From: Ionaspis alba
Taxonomy: Eukaryota
DNA: 24,089 nucleotides
Reading direction: 5' to 3'
Assembly: GCA_964255285.1 (NCBI GenBank)
Contig: CAXUUL010000007.1
Coordinates: 62,001 to 86,089, forward strand
Of the stretch, positions 11,830 to 22,052 are shown piece by piece (positions within the stretch are counted from its first letter, which is position 1; each line of letters opens with the position of its first letter). A program made the translations under genes and the position numbers. The notes below the pieces were generated by a model. It saw nothing but the letters and a program-made list of their open reading frames with translations, made no database searches and had not been told where the DNA came from.

Positions 11830-13590
11830 ATGCCACGGCCGAGACGAACCAAAATCGCTCCTTCGGTTCCGACGGTAGGCGTCCCGACAAGGACCAATGC
11901 CTCGTCCATCGTTCCCAAGCACATTGTATCTCTGCACCCATCAAGTCGGGACAGCACCAACAGCGATGATAGTGAAGGGCTGGTCAAAAAGAGCAAGGCT
12001 TGGGCTGACCGCAACGGAAGCGCTCTTCAGGATGTGCGCATGAGTGGAGCACTGGCTATCGAGGACGGTGGAGGATCGACACGGCTGCGTCCGCTGAGCG
12101 GAAGGGAGCGGGAATCGCTCTTGAGGATCGTAAGAGATGCCGACTATGCGAGGAAGGTTGAGCCTCTGAAGCGAAACACGAAGAGAGGTACCAGGGATGG
12201 AAAGGGAAAGCAAGCCGAGAGTGCCTTACTATCTTCTTCCATGCCTGAAGCGCAGGAGCACCAGACCATTGATCGAGCTAAGCCGAATGAAGCGTCCGTG
12301 ACCAGAGTTGCGGTTCTGCACGCAAATCGGCCTGCACCACGCCCAGATGCTGAGGCACAGATGACGGCAGCTGCGGAGGCGTCCGTCTTAGCGCTCGCGA
12401 GATTTCGGAAACGAGCCCGGCAGGCCAGTATACTCCAAATTGGACACCAGGATGATTCGCCCTTACCGAGCTATACTCTCGATGACCTCGTTGACTTTAA
12501 TCCGGTCGACGAATCTACTCCACTGCAAACATCGAAGATTGGGTCGACATCACACATTCAATCGCCGCGTGGTCCTAAACCTCCTCCCTCCTCGATTTCC
12601 TTGCCCTTGACTGCGACCAGCTCACACAAGCGTAAGCTAACGGCACCAGTCGTACAAGTCCCTCGCTCGCAGATATCGGTTCGTCAGGCTTCATCCACTC
12701 TATCAGAGCGAGATTCCAAGTTGGACGCAGAAGACGACGAGATCCAATCTAGTATGCCGGAAGGGACACAATTGATCTTACCGCTCATGCGCGAGAAGCG
12801 AGTTCTGACATCAGAGACAGGGAGCAGTGTATTTGCCCTACCCCAGAGTTGTAGCCCATCTCAATTGGAATCAGATCAGGAACACAGAAAAGACTCGGCA
12901 TGGCATTACCAAGGTCATAGTAGAAGGGCAGATAAGCGCCGTGATCTGCCCGCTATACAAGCCTACCAGCGCTTCACCTCAGGGCAGAGAAGAGCCCGGA
13001 CTGAGCCTCTCAAGTCCCTCTCCACTGCCACACTCCAAGATTTCCTTCCTCGTCGGCGCCTTCGCAAAGCCCGACACCTCATGGGTGAGACTGACATTCT
13101 GAACAAGAGCGATAACGAACCCAGGCTTTCGGAACCAGCTGACGACCACGACGAATTGACTTATGTTTCCCCTCGTGCCAGGAAAGGTGGTAGAAAAGAC
13201 CTAGGAGGCACTAAGTGGAAGAGGTCTGGAAAGATCGTCGTGGATGCAGAAATGGGGGCCACCTCCCGGCGAAGATCCAAATTCAAAAGTCGGAACGTCA
13301 GTAATCGCGCGGTCAAAGGCGTAACGCAAACATACTCACGCCGGACATCCGACAAGGAAAACCGACCTACAATTCGTGGCCTAGAGAGCGAGAAGGATGG
13401 TACCGACTCCAACTCGCTATCAGCTACATCAGACAATGCAAGTCGTGACGGCGTGAAAGCTACGGATATCCCGAAGAGATTAAGGACGGAATTGGCGACG
13501 TTGGTCAAGAAGTTCCAGGAGGTAGATGAATGGGACTTGCAGTTCGAGGAGGTAACAGCTAGCAGCAGCTCGCCACTCGAGGCTCGATGA
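11830..13590 (+). CDS. 586-aa basic, low-complexity protein; candidate sororin-like cohesin regulator
   Basis: Intronless ORF starting MPRPRRTKIAP. It has short ordered-looking islands (SVLALARFRKRARQASIL; LSTATLQDFLPRRR), TYSRR, DKEN and C-terminal ELATLVKKFQEVDEWDLQFEEV. The ORF is solid and the functional call is inference. Confidence 0.8.
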   Translation: MPRPRRTKIAPSVPTVGVPTRTNASSIVPKHIVSLHPSSRDSTNSDDSEGLVKKSKAWADRNGSALQDVRMSGALAIEDGGGSTRLRPLSGRERESLLRIVRDADYARKVEPLKRNTKRGTRDGKGKQAESALLSSSMPEAQEHQTIDRAKPNEASVTRVAVLHANRPAPRPDAEAQMTAAAEASVLALARFRKRARQASILQIGHQDDSPLPSYTLDDLVDFNPVDESTPLQTSKIGSTSHIQSPRGPKPPPSSISLPLTATSSHKRKLTAPVVQVPRSQISVRQASSTLSERDSKLDAEDDEIQSSMPEGTQLILPLMREKRVLTSETGSSVFALPQSCSPSQLESDQEHRKDSAWHYQGHSRRADKRRDLPAIQAYQRFTSGQRRARTEPLKSLSTATLQDFLPRRRLRKARHLMGETDILNKSDNEPRLSEPADDHDELTYVSPRARKGGRKDLGGTKWKRSGKIVVDAEMGATSRRRSKFKSRNVSNRAVKGVTQTYSRRTSDKENRPTIRGLESEKDGTDSNSLSATSDNASRDGVKATDIPKRLRTELATLVKKFQEVDEWDLQFEEVTASSSSPLEAR

Positions 13591-13916
13591 CGGAGTAATT
13601 GGATCTTGGCTTCATGATGAACAGATATTCTCCTTATCAGAGTCGCGGAGATTATGATCACCGTTCAGTACAACTCATACACGGCGAACAGAATATGATG
13701 AGCCTTGGGATTTGAATGTAACGGCTCCTATCTAAGATGTTTCCACGACCTATGAGAGATACGTGAACCAGATGCAGCCCATTGAAGAACCATTTGACGC
13801 TCTATACGACTATTTTCGCCAACGGCTTTCGTGCAAGTTAAACCCGCATTCCGTTTCGAATGTTGGATTTGTCTGTGAGTAGACATAACAGAAGGTTCCC
13901 AAGCTTGCAGGAGCCT

Positions 13917-15558
13917 TCAAATGTCTTCGCGCGCAGGCGTATGCTTCCCACTCGCATGGCCGCCCTTTCTGACGAGACTGATGTTCTCTCTCAGCGCGAC
14001 ATATTCCGAATCTGCATAACCTAGGACACTTCTGATCTCCATGCTTTGCAGTCCCTTTATTCGGGAGATCTCCGTAGCAGAGTAATTGACCAATGCTCTA
14101 CCCACTTCCACTGGAGGAGGATTTACTGTCTCGTACGAGTTTGAAGATGTTACTTCGTGATCAATGCGTTCCTTAGGGATGATTGAATCGTCTGTGGCTG
14201 TCAAAAGCGATGGGATTGGCACTGAAGGGGTAACGACTCGTAGTCTCCTAACAACCACTATTCGTACAGCTTCTTCCTGAGCAAAGGTACCTTCCACGTC
14301 TACGATCCCGACGGGCAAAAGGCCGGCTTTGTCGAGTAAAGCACGATGAGCGCCCTCGTCGATGAATATCGTACCATGAGGAGCCAGTCCGTAGAGAATC
14401 CAAAAGGATCGATCGCGAATTGGATGTGGGTCCGGCAGAAAGCGGGTGTGCAGTGGCGCTTTGTAGAGCTCTTCGGCTTTGGACAGCTGGGCCGAGTCGG
14501 CTTGATGCATCGAGACTTGTTTTGGCGTAGCGGACAGGCCAGACGAATCCACCGTGAGGGTTTTGAGTTGCTGAACATATTTCACAATGTCAGCAACGTT
14601 CCCAGGTTTTGAGGAGCGGGTTATGACGGTTGTAACGCCTGCAGAGGTTGCGAGACGAGCGGCTACGATCTTGGTGGACATGCCACCTGTACCAAGACTA
14701 CTGCCAGAGCTGGAAACATCTGCAGCGATACTTGAAATATCACTAACAACTTCAATGGCCTGGGCATTGGGATGAGTACGTGGGTTAGTGGTGTATAGGC
14801 AATCGACATCCGTCATGAGAAATAGATAATCAGCCTGGACCATCGCTGCTGTGATGGCGGACAATGTGTCATTGTCTCCAAATTTAATCTCCTGGAAGGT
14901 GTCAGAGAAGAAAGTCTCGCCAGGGACGAAGAGGTGCAAGCATTCTTACAGACACTGCGATGGTGTCGTTTTCGTTCACTATCGGGATCGCACCTGTATT
15001 GAAGAGCTCGTTGATGGTGTTTTGAGCGTTTTGGTATTGTGTCCGCTGAAAGTTCCGTCAGCAGCAAAGGCTCATGGCCGGACGAGAAAACATACATCTG
15101 CTATGGTTGTCCTGGTCAGGAGTATCTGACCGACCCGATGCCCTAAGTGCTCAAACATTCTTTTCCATAAACTGATGAGCTCGCACTGTCCGACTGCCGC
15201 TAGTGCCTACTGCAGGGTAAGGATGGAAAGGGCCATCGTAGTTGAGCACGGTCAAGGAGAGGGAGAAAATCTCACCTGTATTCCGGGAAGATGCTTCGGT
15301 CTCTTAGCTACACGCATCATCCACATTCCCATCCCTATCGCTCCCGAGGAGACGATAACAACCCGATGTCCATCCTTGCGTAGCTTAACAGCTGTCTCAA
15401 CGACAAGTGCCAGATTTGAAAGCAAAGGCTCATGGCTCTTCTCATCCACAATGGAGCTGGTGCCTGGTTCGTAGCAAAGATCAACCGTGCTCTGGCGACA
15501 ACTCCGGATCGTGCGTACCCAGCTTGATGACAATTGTGAGATATTTGTGGCCCTTCAT
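13917..15558 (-). CDS. PRO1: Glutamate 5-kinase with C-terminal PUA domain, 469 aa; exons 15558-15519, 15463-15276, 15206-15096, 15045-14950, 14891-13917
   Basis: [54 protein letters not shown], then PUA-like [13 protein letters not shown]...GRALVNYSA. Four GT-AG introns preserve the frame (1410 nt in total). Confidence 0.95.
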
Positions 15559-15809
15559 GCTCAGCTTACCTTGGGGGGTAGAGCGGTGCTGCCTGATTAT
15601 ACAGCAGACGTAACATCCAGTAGCATGCTGAATTCTTAGCCCCAATCATTCACTTCCGTGGAAGACGATCAGGGTGACTTGGGCTTTCGACTTAGAGACA
15701 GCTTAGAACTCCAATGAACACAGTGTAGCACAAGATATCACTTTCATAAACCTTTATGAAAACAAAACCTCAAAGCCCAGGAAACGACGAGATGTGTAAA
15801 CCGTGAGTA

Positions 15810-15816
15810 TGACTCA
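15810..15816. promoter_or_regulatory. Gcn4/CpcA recognition element TGACTCA
   Basis: Perfect AP-1/Gcn4 consensus about 250 nt upstream of the PRO1 ATG, in the divergent PRO1/ATP23 intergenic region. Confidence 0.55.
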
Positions 15817-16065
15817 GCTGAAACCCAATCAGGAAAAGGCTCCAGGCAAGCATTGCGCCTCCTCAACAGCCGGCACTAGTCCGATCTACAGTTGACCTAC
15901 CGCAGCTACAGCATATACATCAGTGTCATCCGATTATTGCCAGCGAGACATCATGGACAAGTGCTTCAGCGCAATTAACACACGCCGGTGAGCCGGACAA
16001 ATACAGGCCCACATCAGCTTCTTCAAGAACACCCTTCAGGACAGGATCTGCTCCTGGAGCTATTG

Positions 16066-16882
16066 ATGAGTGCACAAGACAACGGCGTACAGGCGGCCGA
16101 CAAGCCGTCAGGTTATACAGCTGGCAGCGATAGCTTCACTAGATGGCGCAATTGGTTCTCGCTCCTGACTGGACAGATGAACGGAAAAGACGTGGAGCAA
16201 TACCGAATCGACCGAGATCACCGAATGGAGGAAGCTGACTGCAAGCGCTGCGAGTCAAATCGAGATTATTTGCTACAATACAGTGGGTTTGCAGATCGCA
16301 AGCTCACGACTAGGGGGTCTGATTGAAGGCGGTTATTAGGTCCGGTCGTTCGCTTCATGAGAGACAACATCAATCAACTGGGAGGAGACATCCACAGCGG
16401 CAATGTACGGTGTCGAAGATGTGATACTCGCCAGTCCGGCGGATTCGACCCTAACTACGGAATCCGCATCTGCGCGAACGAGCTACGCAACCGAGGACAC
16501 CTCGAGGACACCATGGCGCACGGCAAGTAATCTACACTGCATCGCTTCTGTCCGTCCAGCTGACGACTCGATACTAGAAATGGTGCATGCCTATGATCAC
16601 CTCCGCTTCAAGGTCAAGTGGTCAGACGATCTCCGACATGCGGCCTGCACGGAAGTCAGAGCGTCCTCCCTCAGCGGTGAATGTAGATTCATGCGCGAAT
16701 TCCTTACCCGAGGTCAATGGAAGCTCACGCAGCAGCATCAGGAGTGCGTGAGGCGACGAGCTACACTTTCTGTGCGAAGTAGACCTGGTTGCAAGGATGA
16801 TGTTCATGCCGCAAGGATAGTCAACGAGGTATGGGACAGCTGCTTCGCAGACACGAGGCCCTTTGATGAGATTTACCGGTAA
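16066..16882 (+). CDS. ATP23: Mitochondrial inner membrane metalloprotease Atp23 (peptidase M76), 234 aa; exons 16066-16282, 16340-16522, 16578-16882
   Basis: [58 protein letters not shown] (HEXXH), [16 protein letters not shown] and [10 protein letters not shown]. The second intron is GC-AG. Confidence 0.95.
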
Positions 16883-17110
16883 GTCGGGTTTATCATGACT
16901 TGAAAGGTGCAACTTAAAGACTTTATGGTGCCTCTGAAAATGGTATCTGTGCAAGACGAACGTATTGTTTAGTAACAGTCAACGACATCCCGCGAATCAT
17001 GAGGTTGCAGTCCAATTCCGAACCCAATGGCATGTTACAATGCAACTATGCGACCTCCAACATGCCTCAGCGCGTGGCCTGAATTTATTTCAAGGTTGAT
17101 TACAACCACA

Positions 17111-18485
17111 TCAAGATGCTGTGGATTGGGCCGTGCGCGCCACTTTTCCATCCTGTTCATCCAGACTCCTCTTTGCTTTTCGTTCACCGTGTACGCAATG
17201 TTTGACAATCCAGGGGTGGTGCTGTACCTCATCCAAGGCCAGTCGCTTCTCCGGGTCTAGGACCAGTAACTGTGATAAGGTCAGCTTGACTCTTACGATT
17301 GACGTTGCCTCAGTCCCTTACCTTTTTGATAAGGTCTCTAGCTTCGGCACTCACGAAGGTGGGTACTTGCATGTCACAACGGGCTATCTTCCTCTGTGTT
17401 TGGATAGGTGTGTCTTCAAACGGTGCCTCCCCAACCAGAAACTCGTATGTTAAGACACCGAGGCTCCAGAGGTCCACGGCTTGACTGTAAAAGTTCTCCT
17501 GAGATCCGGGTTTGATCATTTCTGGGGGGAGATAATCCAGTGTACCGCACATGGTGTTTCTTCGGTTGTTCGGTGCGTGCACACTCCACCCAAAGTCCGA
17601 TATCTTGACTTCGCCGTGTATCCCAACGAGAATATTTTCGGGCTTGATGTCGCGATGCATAACGTGCTTTTTATGCAAATACTTCAGAGCAGCGGCCATC
17701 TGGGCAACGTACTGGGCAGCCTTCCATTCTGGAAATCTGCTCTCTTTTCGAAGATGCTTATAGAGCTCACCTTTACCTGCGTATTCTAGGATCAAGAAGA
17801 CCCGTTTGCTATCGTGGAAATGGCCGTACAATCGAAGGATATTTGGATGTCGTAGATTGCTCTGGATCTCGATCTCGCGCCGCACTTGTTTCTCCACCTT
17901 CCCTTGTTGAAGCTCACTCTTGTGAAGAACCTTTAGAGCGCAGACAAAGCCAGTTGTGCGTTCTCTAGCCAAGTATACTCTCCCAAATTTGCCTTTTCCC
18001 AGCGGTTTCCCGATTTCGAACATGCCCAGGTGAAACTTCTTTGGTTGAGGTTGCTCATATAATGGAGCCCCAGATAGTCTCTGAATGACCGGCTCGTCGG
18101 TGGTTCGGACGACGCCAATCATGGGATCTAAAGGTTTGCGTGGTGGGGACTGGGCGGACAATGGCATGTTTGGACTTTGCCTTTGTCCTGCTAGCGAAGG
18201 TATTGTGACTCCGGTTATGGTCGCACTAGTCTTGATTTCGGTATTGTTCTGCAGAGCAAGCTTGAGGAGGTTGGAGCGATTGGAGTTCGACATAAGGTGA
18301 GGAGCCACTGATGCTGTCGGTGCCGTCGATAGCGATCTCTGGAATCAATTCAGCTTGAAGCTCTTCACACAGCAAGGGTTGTATCTCACTTTCGACTTCT
18401 GAAACGTCAAGCCGCCATTGCAGTGCTCGTTTTCATCTGTCACCGTCAAATTCTCGAAACGAGACTCCAGTAATCTGACAGCCAT
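17111..18485 (-). CDS. IPL1: Aurora kinase (Ipl1/Ark1), 423 aa; exons 18485-18390, 18338-17322, 17269-17111
   Basis: [73 protein letters not shown] and [10 protein letters not shown]...HPWI, which is the Aurora signature. Confidence 0.96.
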
Positions 18486-19080
18486 GACTGCTGGTGCGGC
18501 GTGATTGAGGGTAGGCGCACAACGACGTTGTTCAAGCAGATACAATGAAGCGCGTACCGTACAAGATTCTCGACGTGGCAAGTCTGAGATTGAGGACCGA
18601 GTGCGCTTTGCGCCGGAGCTCAAGTTTAGGTGTTTGTCTTGCTTACAAGGGGTTGCCATGTCAACCAGCCGGCGCGCCAGCCTTACGTACCCACGTGACT
18701 CGCAAGAAGATCGGCAGACTAAAGCCGCAATTTGGCTGGCAATCCACTAAAGTCAGGCAGAACATCTTTGCAATAGGTGGCCTCCATACGCTCGTAGGCG
18801 TTGACTTCCTTGTAATATGTGGTACAAGTCCTTCCGGCGTGCTGATTTTCTGCCGCTCCCCCACATCGGCCTAGCATGTCCGGGTTCCGAAAGCTCTTTT
18901 CAGTCGAGCCCCGCGTCCTGTTCAATCCCTCTGTATCGGGACACTTAAATGTCAACACTGATGCGGGACACGCCAAAACGACTGTTCGACACAAGAATGC
19001 GCCATCTTCAGGAGGACGCTACCAAGACATTGTCTAGATGAACTCAGTAGACGGTCCAGTTTCCTGACCTTGTTCTAGCA

Positions 19081-20003
19081 ATGGATGGCCAGTCCAGTCC
19101 AGGAGATCGGTCCCCCGCGACTGCCGATGCGGGCAACACCCTCACTCATCAAGGCTTCAAAATCACTACCCGAAAATTGCCTATCCTCAAGGCTGAGCCC
19201 ATCGAGCAAATGACTGCCAACCTAGGGATTACACCTCCCGAAATGATATTTGGAGAAAATATGACTTCGATTGAATGTGCTGAGGCTGGGTGGAGCATCA
19301 ATTTCAACTCGTTTGATGCGCTCGATCGTGTGGACAAGATCGGAGTATCTATGCTGCAAGTGGCTCATTCGAAAGAGTGGCAGAGCACTAGGTGGAACTC
19401 GTCCAAGATAAAGTCGGCTCCGAGCCAAGTTCTAAATATTCGGCAGGCAACAAAAACATCACGGGATTACCGAGGTTGTCAAGCCCTTCGATTGGTCATA
19501 CACGACGGATTACAAAGGTACCCTCGTGTCTCAGACCTGTGAATTCAGACCATCGACGGATCCTATCCCTCTAGAGCTTCTCAAGCGGCCCGATCCCATC
19601 CTCTATTTCGACGAGGTTATGCTGTACGAAGACGAAATGGCGGACAACGGAATTACGATGCTTTCATGTAAGATACGGGTCATGCCTGCAAGACTACTCT
19701 TGCTATGTCGGTTTTTCATGCGTTTGGACGGCGTCATCTTTCGCATACGGGATACTAGAATATATGTCGATTTCTCAGCCGGCCGAGTCATCCGGGAATA
19801 CAGTGCCAAGGAGGGCAGTTATGAGAGTATCAGACAAGTAAAATCGAGGCGAGAATGATGCAGCAGGAATGATTGACTGACCTTGATATCAGTACCTTGC
19901 TTCCACTCGAGAAGACGTCCTTGCTCAAATGAGAGACCCGAATCGCCTTGCTGAGATCTTGCCAGTGGTGCAGAGCTCGTTGGAGGAGTTATTTGTTAGG
20001 TGA
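19081..20003 (+). CDS. TIP41: Tip41/TIPRL PP2A-family phosphatase regulator (TOR pathway), 270 aa; exons 19081-19391, 19447-19837, 19893-20003
   Basis: LGITPPEMIFGEN, VVKPFDWSYTTDYKGT, DPILYFDEVMLYEDEMADNGI and RFFMRLDGVIFRIRDTR. Two introns restore the frame (813 nt in total). Confidence 0.94.
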
Positions 20004-20441
20004 ATGGCTCAGTCGCTGCGCCGAAAGATGTAGTAGCAATTGACTCGATGAGACATGCAAATACACGTCTTTTCTGGTCTACAGCTTAGGTTCTCGTGTT
20101 TCCAATGCTTTTGGTAGTAGACAGGGTTTTTATACTCAAGCAACCTCCACACCATGATAGAGCGGAAGATACCACAACTGTCAACTTGCTCTCAAGCCTC
20201 GTTGAAAGCCGTGATTGAGTGAAGTGGAATTTGCATAGGCTTGGTAGATTCGCGTTCCAGGAGCACCGGAACTGCGTTGCTCGGTTAACAACGGGATTAA
20301 TTTTCCAATTTACGATCTTGCGTAACACGCCGCTTCACTTCCTTGCATCCTTCCATCCTCTGTCGCACCAATTCTTCACCTTTCGATAGCAAGAAGTTAA
20401 GGAACGGCCAAGATCAAGTCACTTCCTGGCATTCTTCCGTC

Positions 20442-22052
20442 ATGTCGGTGTCCTCAAGAGCGGAGGTCCCGCCAGCCGTGATGGATTCAATAATGCAGCA
20501 GATCGGGAACACTCCGATGGTGCGATTAAACAAAGTCCCGCTCAGTCTCGGGGTAGAAGCTATTGTCTACGCAAAGTTGGAGTTTTTCAATGCCGGTGGA
20601 AGTGTCAAAGACCGTATCGCTTTGAGGATGATTGAAGAAGCTGAAAAATCCGGCAGGATCAAACCTGGGGATACTCTGATTGAGCCGACGAGTGGCAATA
20701 CAGGTATTGGGCTCGCTCTAGTAGCCGCGGTGAAAGGATACAAGACTATCATCACCTTACCTGAGAAAATGTCTCCGGAGAAGGTGGCAGTCTTACGGTC
20801 ACTCAATGCGACGATCATCAGAACCCCGACGCAAGCTGCATTCGATTCACCGGAGTCTCACATCGGGGTCGCCCGCAAATTGCAGAAGAAAATGTCGAAT
20901 GCCCACATCCTTGACCAGTACGGTAATGTTGAAAACCCGTTAGCCCATGAATACGGCACCGCGGAAGAGATCTGGACACAAACGGAGGGCAAGATCACGG
21001 CAATTGTTGCGGGTGTTGGAACCGGAGGCACTATTACAGGCTTGGCTAGAGGGTTGAGAAGACACAATCCAGAAATCAAGGTCATAGGGGCAGATCCGTA
21101 CGGATCGATATTGGCTTTGCCAGCTTCACTCAATCAAAAGTACGCAAATGAATCATACAAGGTCGAGGGTATCGGATACGACTTTATACCAGACGTCCTG
21201 GACCAGCATACCGTAGATCACTGGTACAAGACGAACGATCGAGAATCCTTCGACTTTGCACGCAGACTGATAGCAGAGGAAGGCCTTCTAGTGGGGGGAA
21301 GCAGCGGCAGCGCGTTGGCGGCAATGGTCAAGAGTGCAAAAGACTTGAATATTACAAAAGACGACGTCGTGGTTGTCATCCTACCCGACAGCATAAGGAG
21401 CTATTTGAGCAAATTTGTCGACGACGACTGGCTTGCCGCGAATGATCTTCTTCCTCCCACACCCGTTGCTACAAATCCATCTTCTCCCGAGACTCGTTCT
21501 CAAGAGCCAGATGATCCTTTCAAGGGCGCCACGGTACGAACCTTGAGGCTCAAACCTGTCACGACTGTCATGTCCGATTCTCTATGTAGTGAGGCTATCG
21601 AAACGATGAGAGAAAAAGGGTTTGATCAACTGCCTGTCCTTGCATCGGAGGGACGTAAACTTGTCGGCTTGGTCACCCTAGGCAATATGCTCAGTTGGAT
21701 TGGTCAAGGCCGAGCGAGCGGAACTAGCTCTGTCTCAGAGGTTATGTTCAATTTCTCCAAAATCTCAGAAGTAGTGACTGACCCCAACGATATTGGACAT
21801 GATAGTCCTACGAACGGCAGGAAGAGATCCATGAACAAGCACATCACAGGCTCTCAACCACGCAAGCGGCGTCGAATATTCATCGAAATCACACTGGACA
21901 CACCGTTAAAAGCGTTAAGCCGCTTCTTCGAAAGGAACAGTGCAGCTGTCGTGACGGAAAGGGATGAGAAGAGAAATTTGAGACCAAACGCGGTAGTGAC
22001 AAAGGTAGATCTGCTCACCTGGCTCCTGAAGCAGAGCAAGCTACCACAGTAG
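20442..22052 (+). CDS. CYS4: Cystathionine beta-synthase (PLP catalytic domain plus CBS domains), intronless, 536 aa
   Basis: IGNTPMVRL, KLEFFNAGGSVKDRIA (PLP lysine), IEPTSGNTGIGLA, GVGTGGT, YKVEGIGYDFIP, PDSIRSYLSKF and CBS domain GFDQLPV. There is no N-terminal heme extension, as is usual in fungi. Confidence 0.96.
   Translation: MSVSSRAEVPPAVMDSIMQQIGNTPMVRLNKVPLSLGVEAIVYAKLEFFNAGGSVKDRIALRMIEEAEKSGRIKPGDTLIEPTSGNTGIGLALVAAVKGYKTIITLPEKMSPEKVAVLRSLNATIIRTPTQAAFDSPESHIGVARKLQKKMSNAHILDQYGNVENPLAHEYGTAEEIWTQTEGKITAIVAGVGTGGTITGLARGLRRHNPEIKVIGADPYGSILALPASLNQKYANESYKVEGIGYDFIPDVLDQHTVDHWYKTNDRESFDFARRLIAEEGLLVGGSSGSALAAMVKSAKDLNITKDDVVVVILPDSIRSYLSKFVDDDWLAANDLLPPTPVATNPSSPETRSQEPDDPFKGATVRTLRLKPVTTVMSDSLCSEAIETMREKGFDQLPVLASEGRKLVGLVTLGNMLSWIGQGRASGTSSVSEVMFNFSKISEVVTDPNDIGHDSPTNGRKRSMNKHITGSQPRKRRRIFIEITLDTPLKALSRFFERNSAAVVTERDEKRNLRPNAVVTKVDLLTWLLKQSKLPQ

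Noticed and set aside
13612..13705. Two ATGATGA (box C-like) motifs downstream of the sororin-like gene
   Set aside because: No suitably placed CTGA box D or terminal stem was found, so this is most likely ordinary 3' UTR.
15953..16065. Upstream ATG (15953) with GTGAGC donor as a possible ATP23 first exon, and the GTG-start extension at 15988
   Set aside because: No downstream AG restores the ATP23 frame before 16066. It is at most a short uORF.
19392..19446. Weak GTGGAA donor in TIP41 intron 1
   Set aside because: It is still a GT-AG intron that restores the conserved frame, and sequence alone gives no evidence of regulated retention.
20343..20441. TTG-initiated 33-aa N-terminal extension of cystathionine beta-synthase
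   Set aside because: This is an ORF-caller artefact. The ATG at 20442 has good context and fits the usual fungal N-terminus, and the extension has no heme-binding or clear targeting features.
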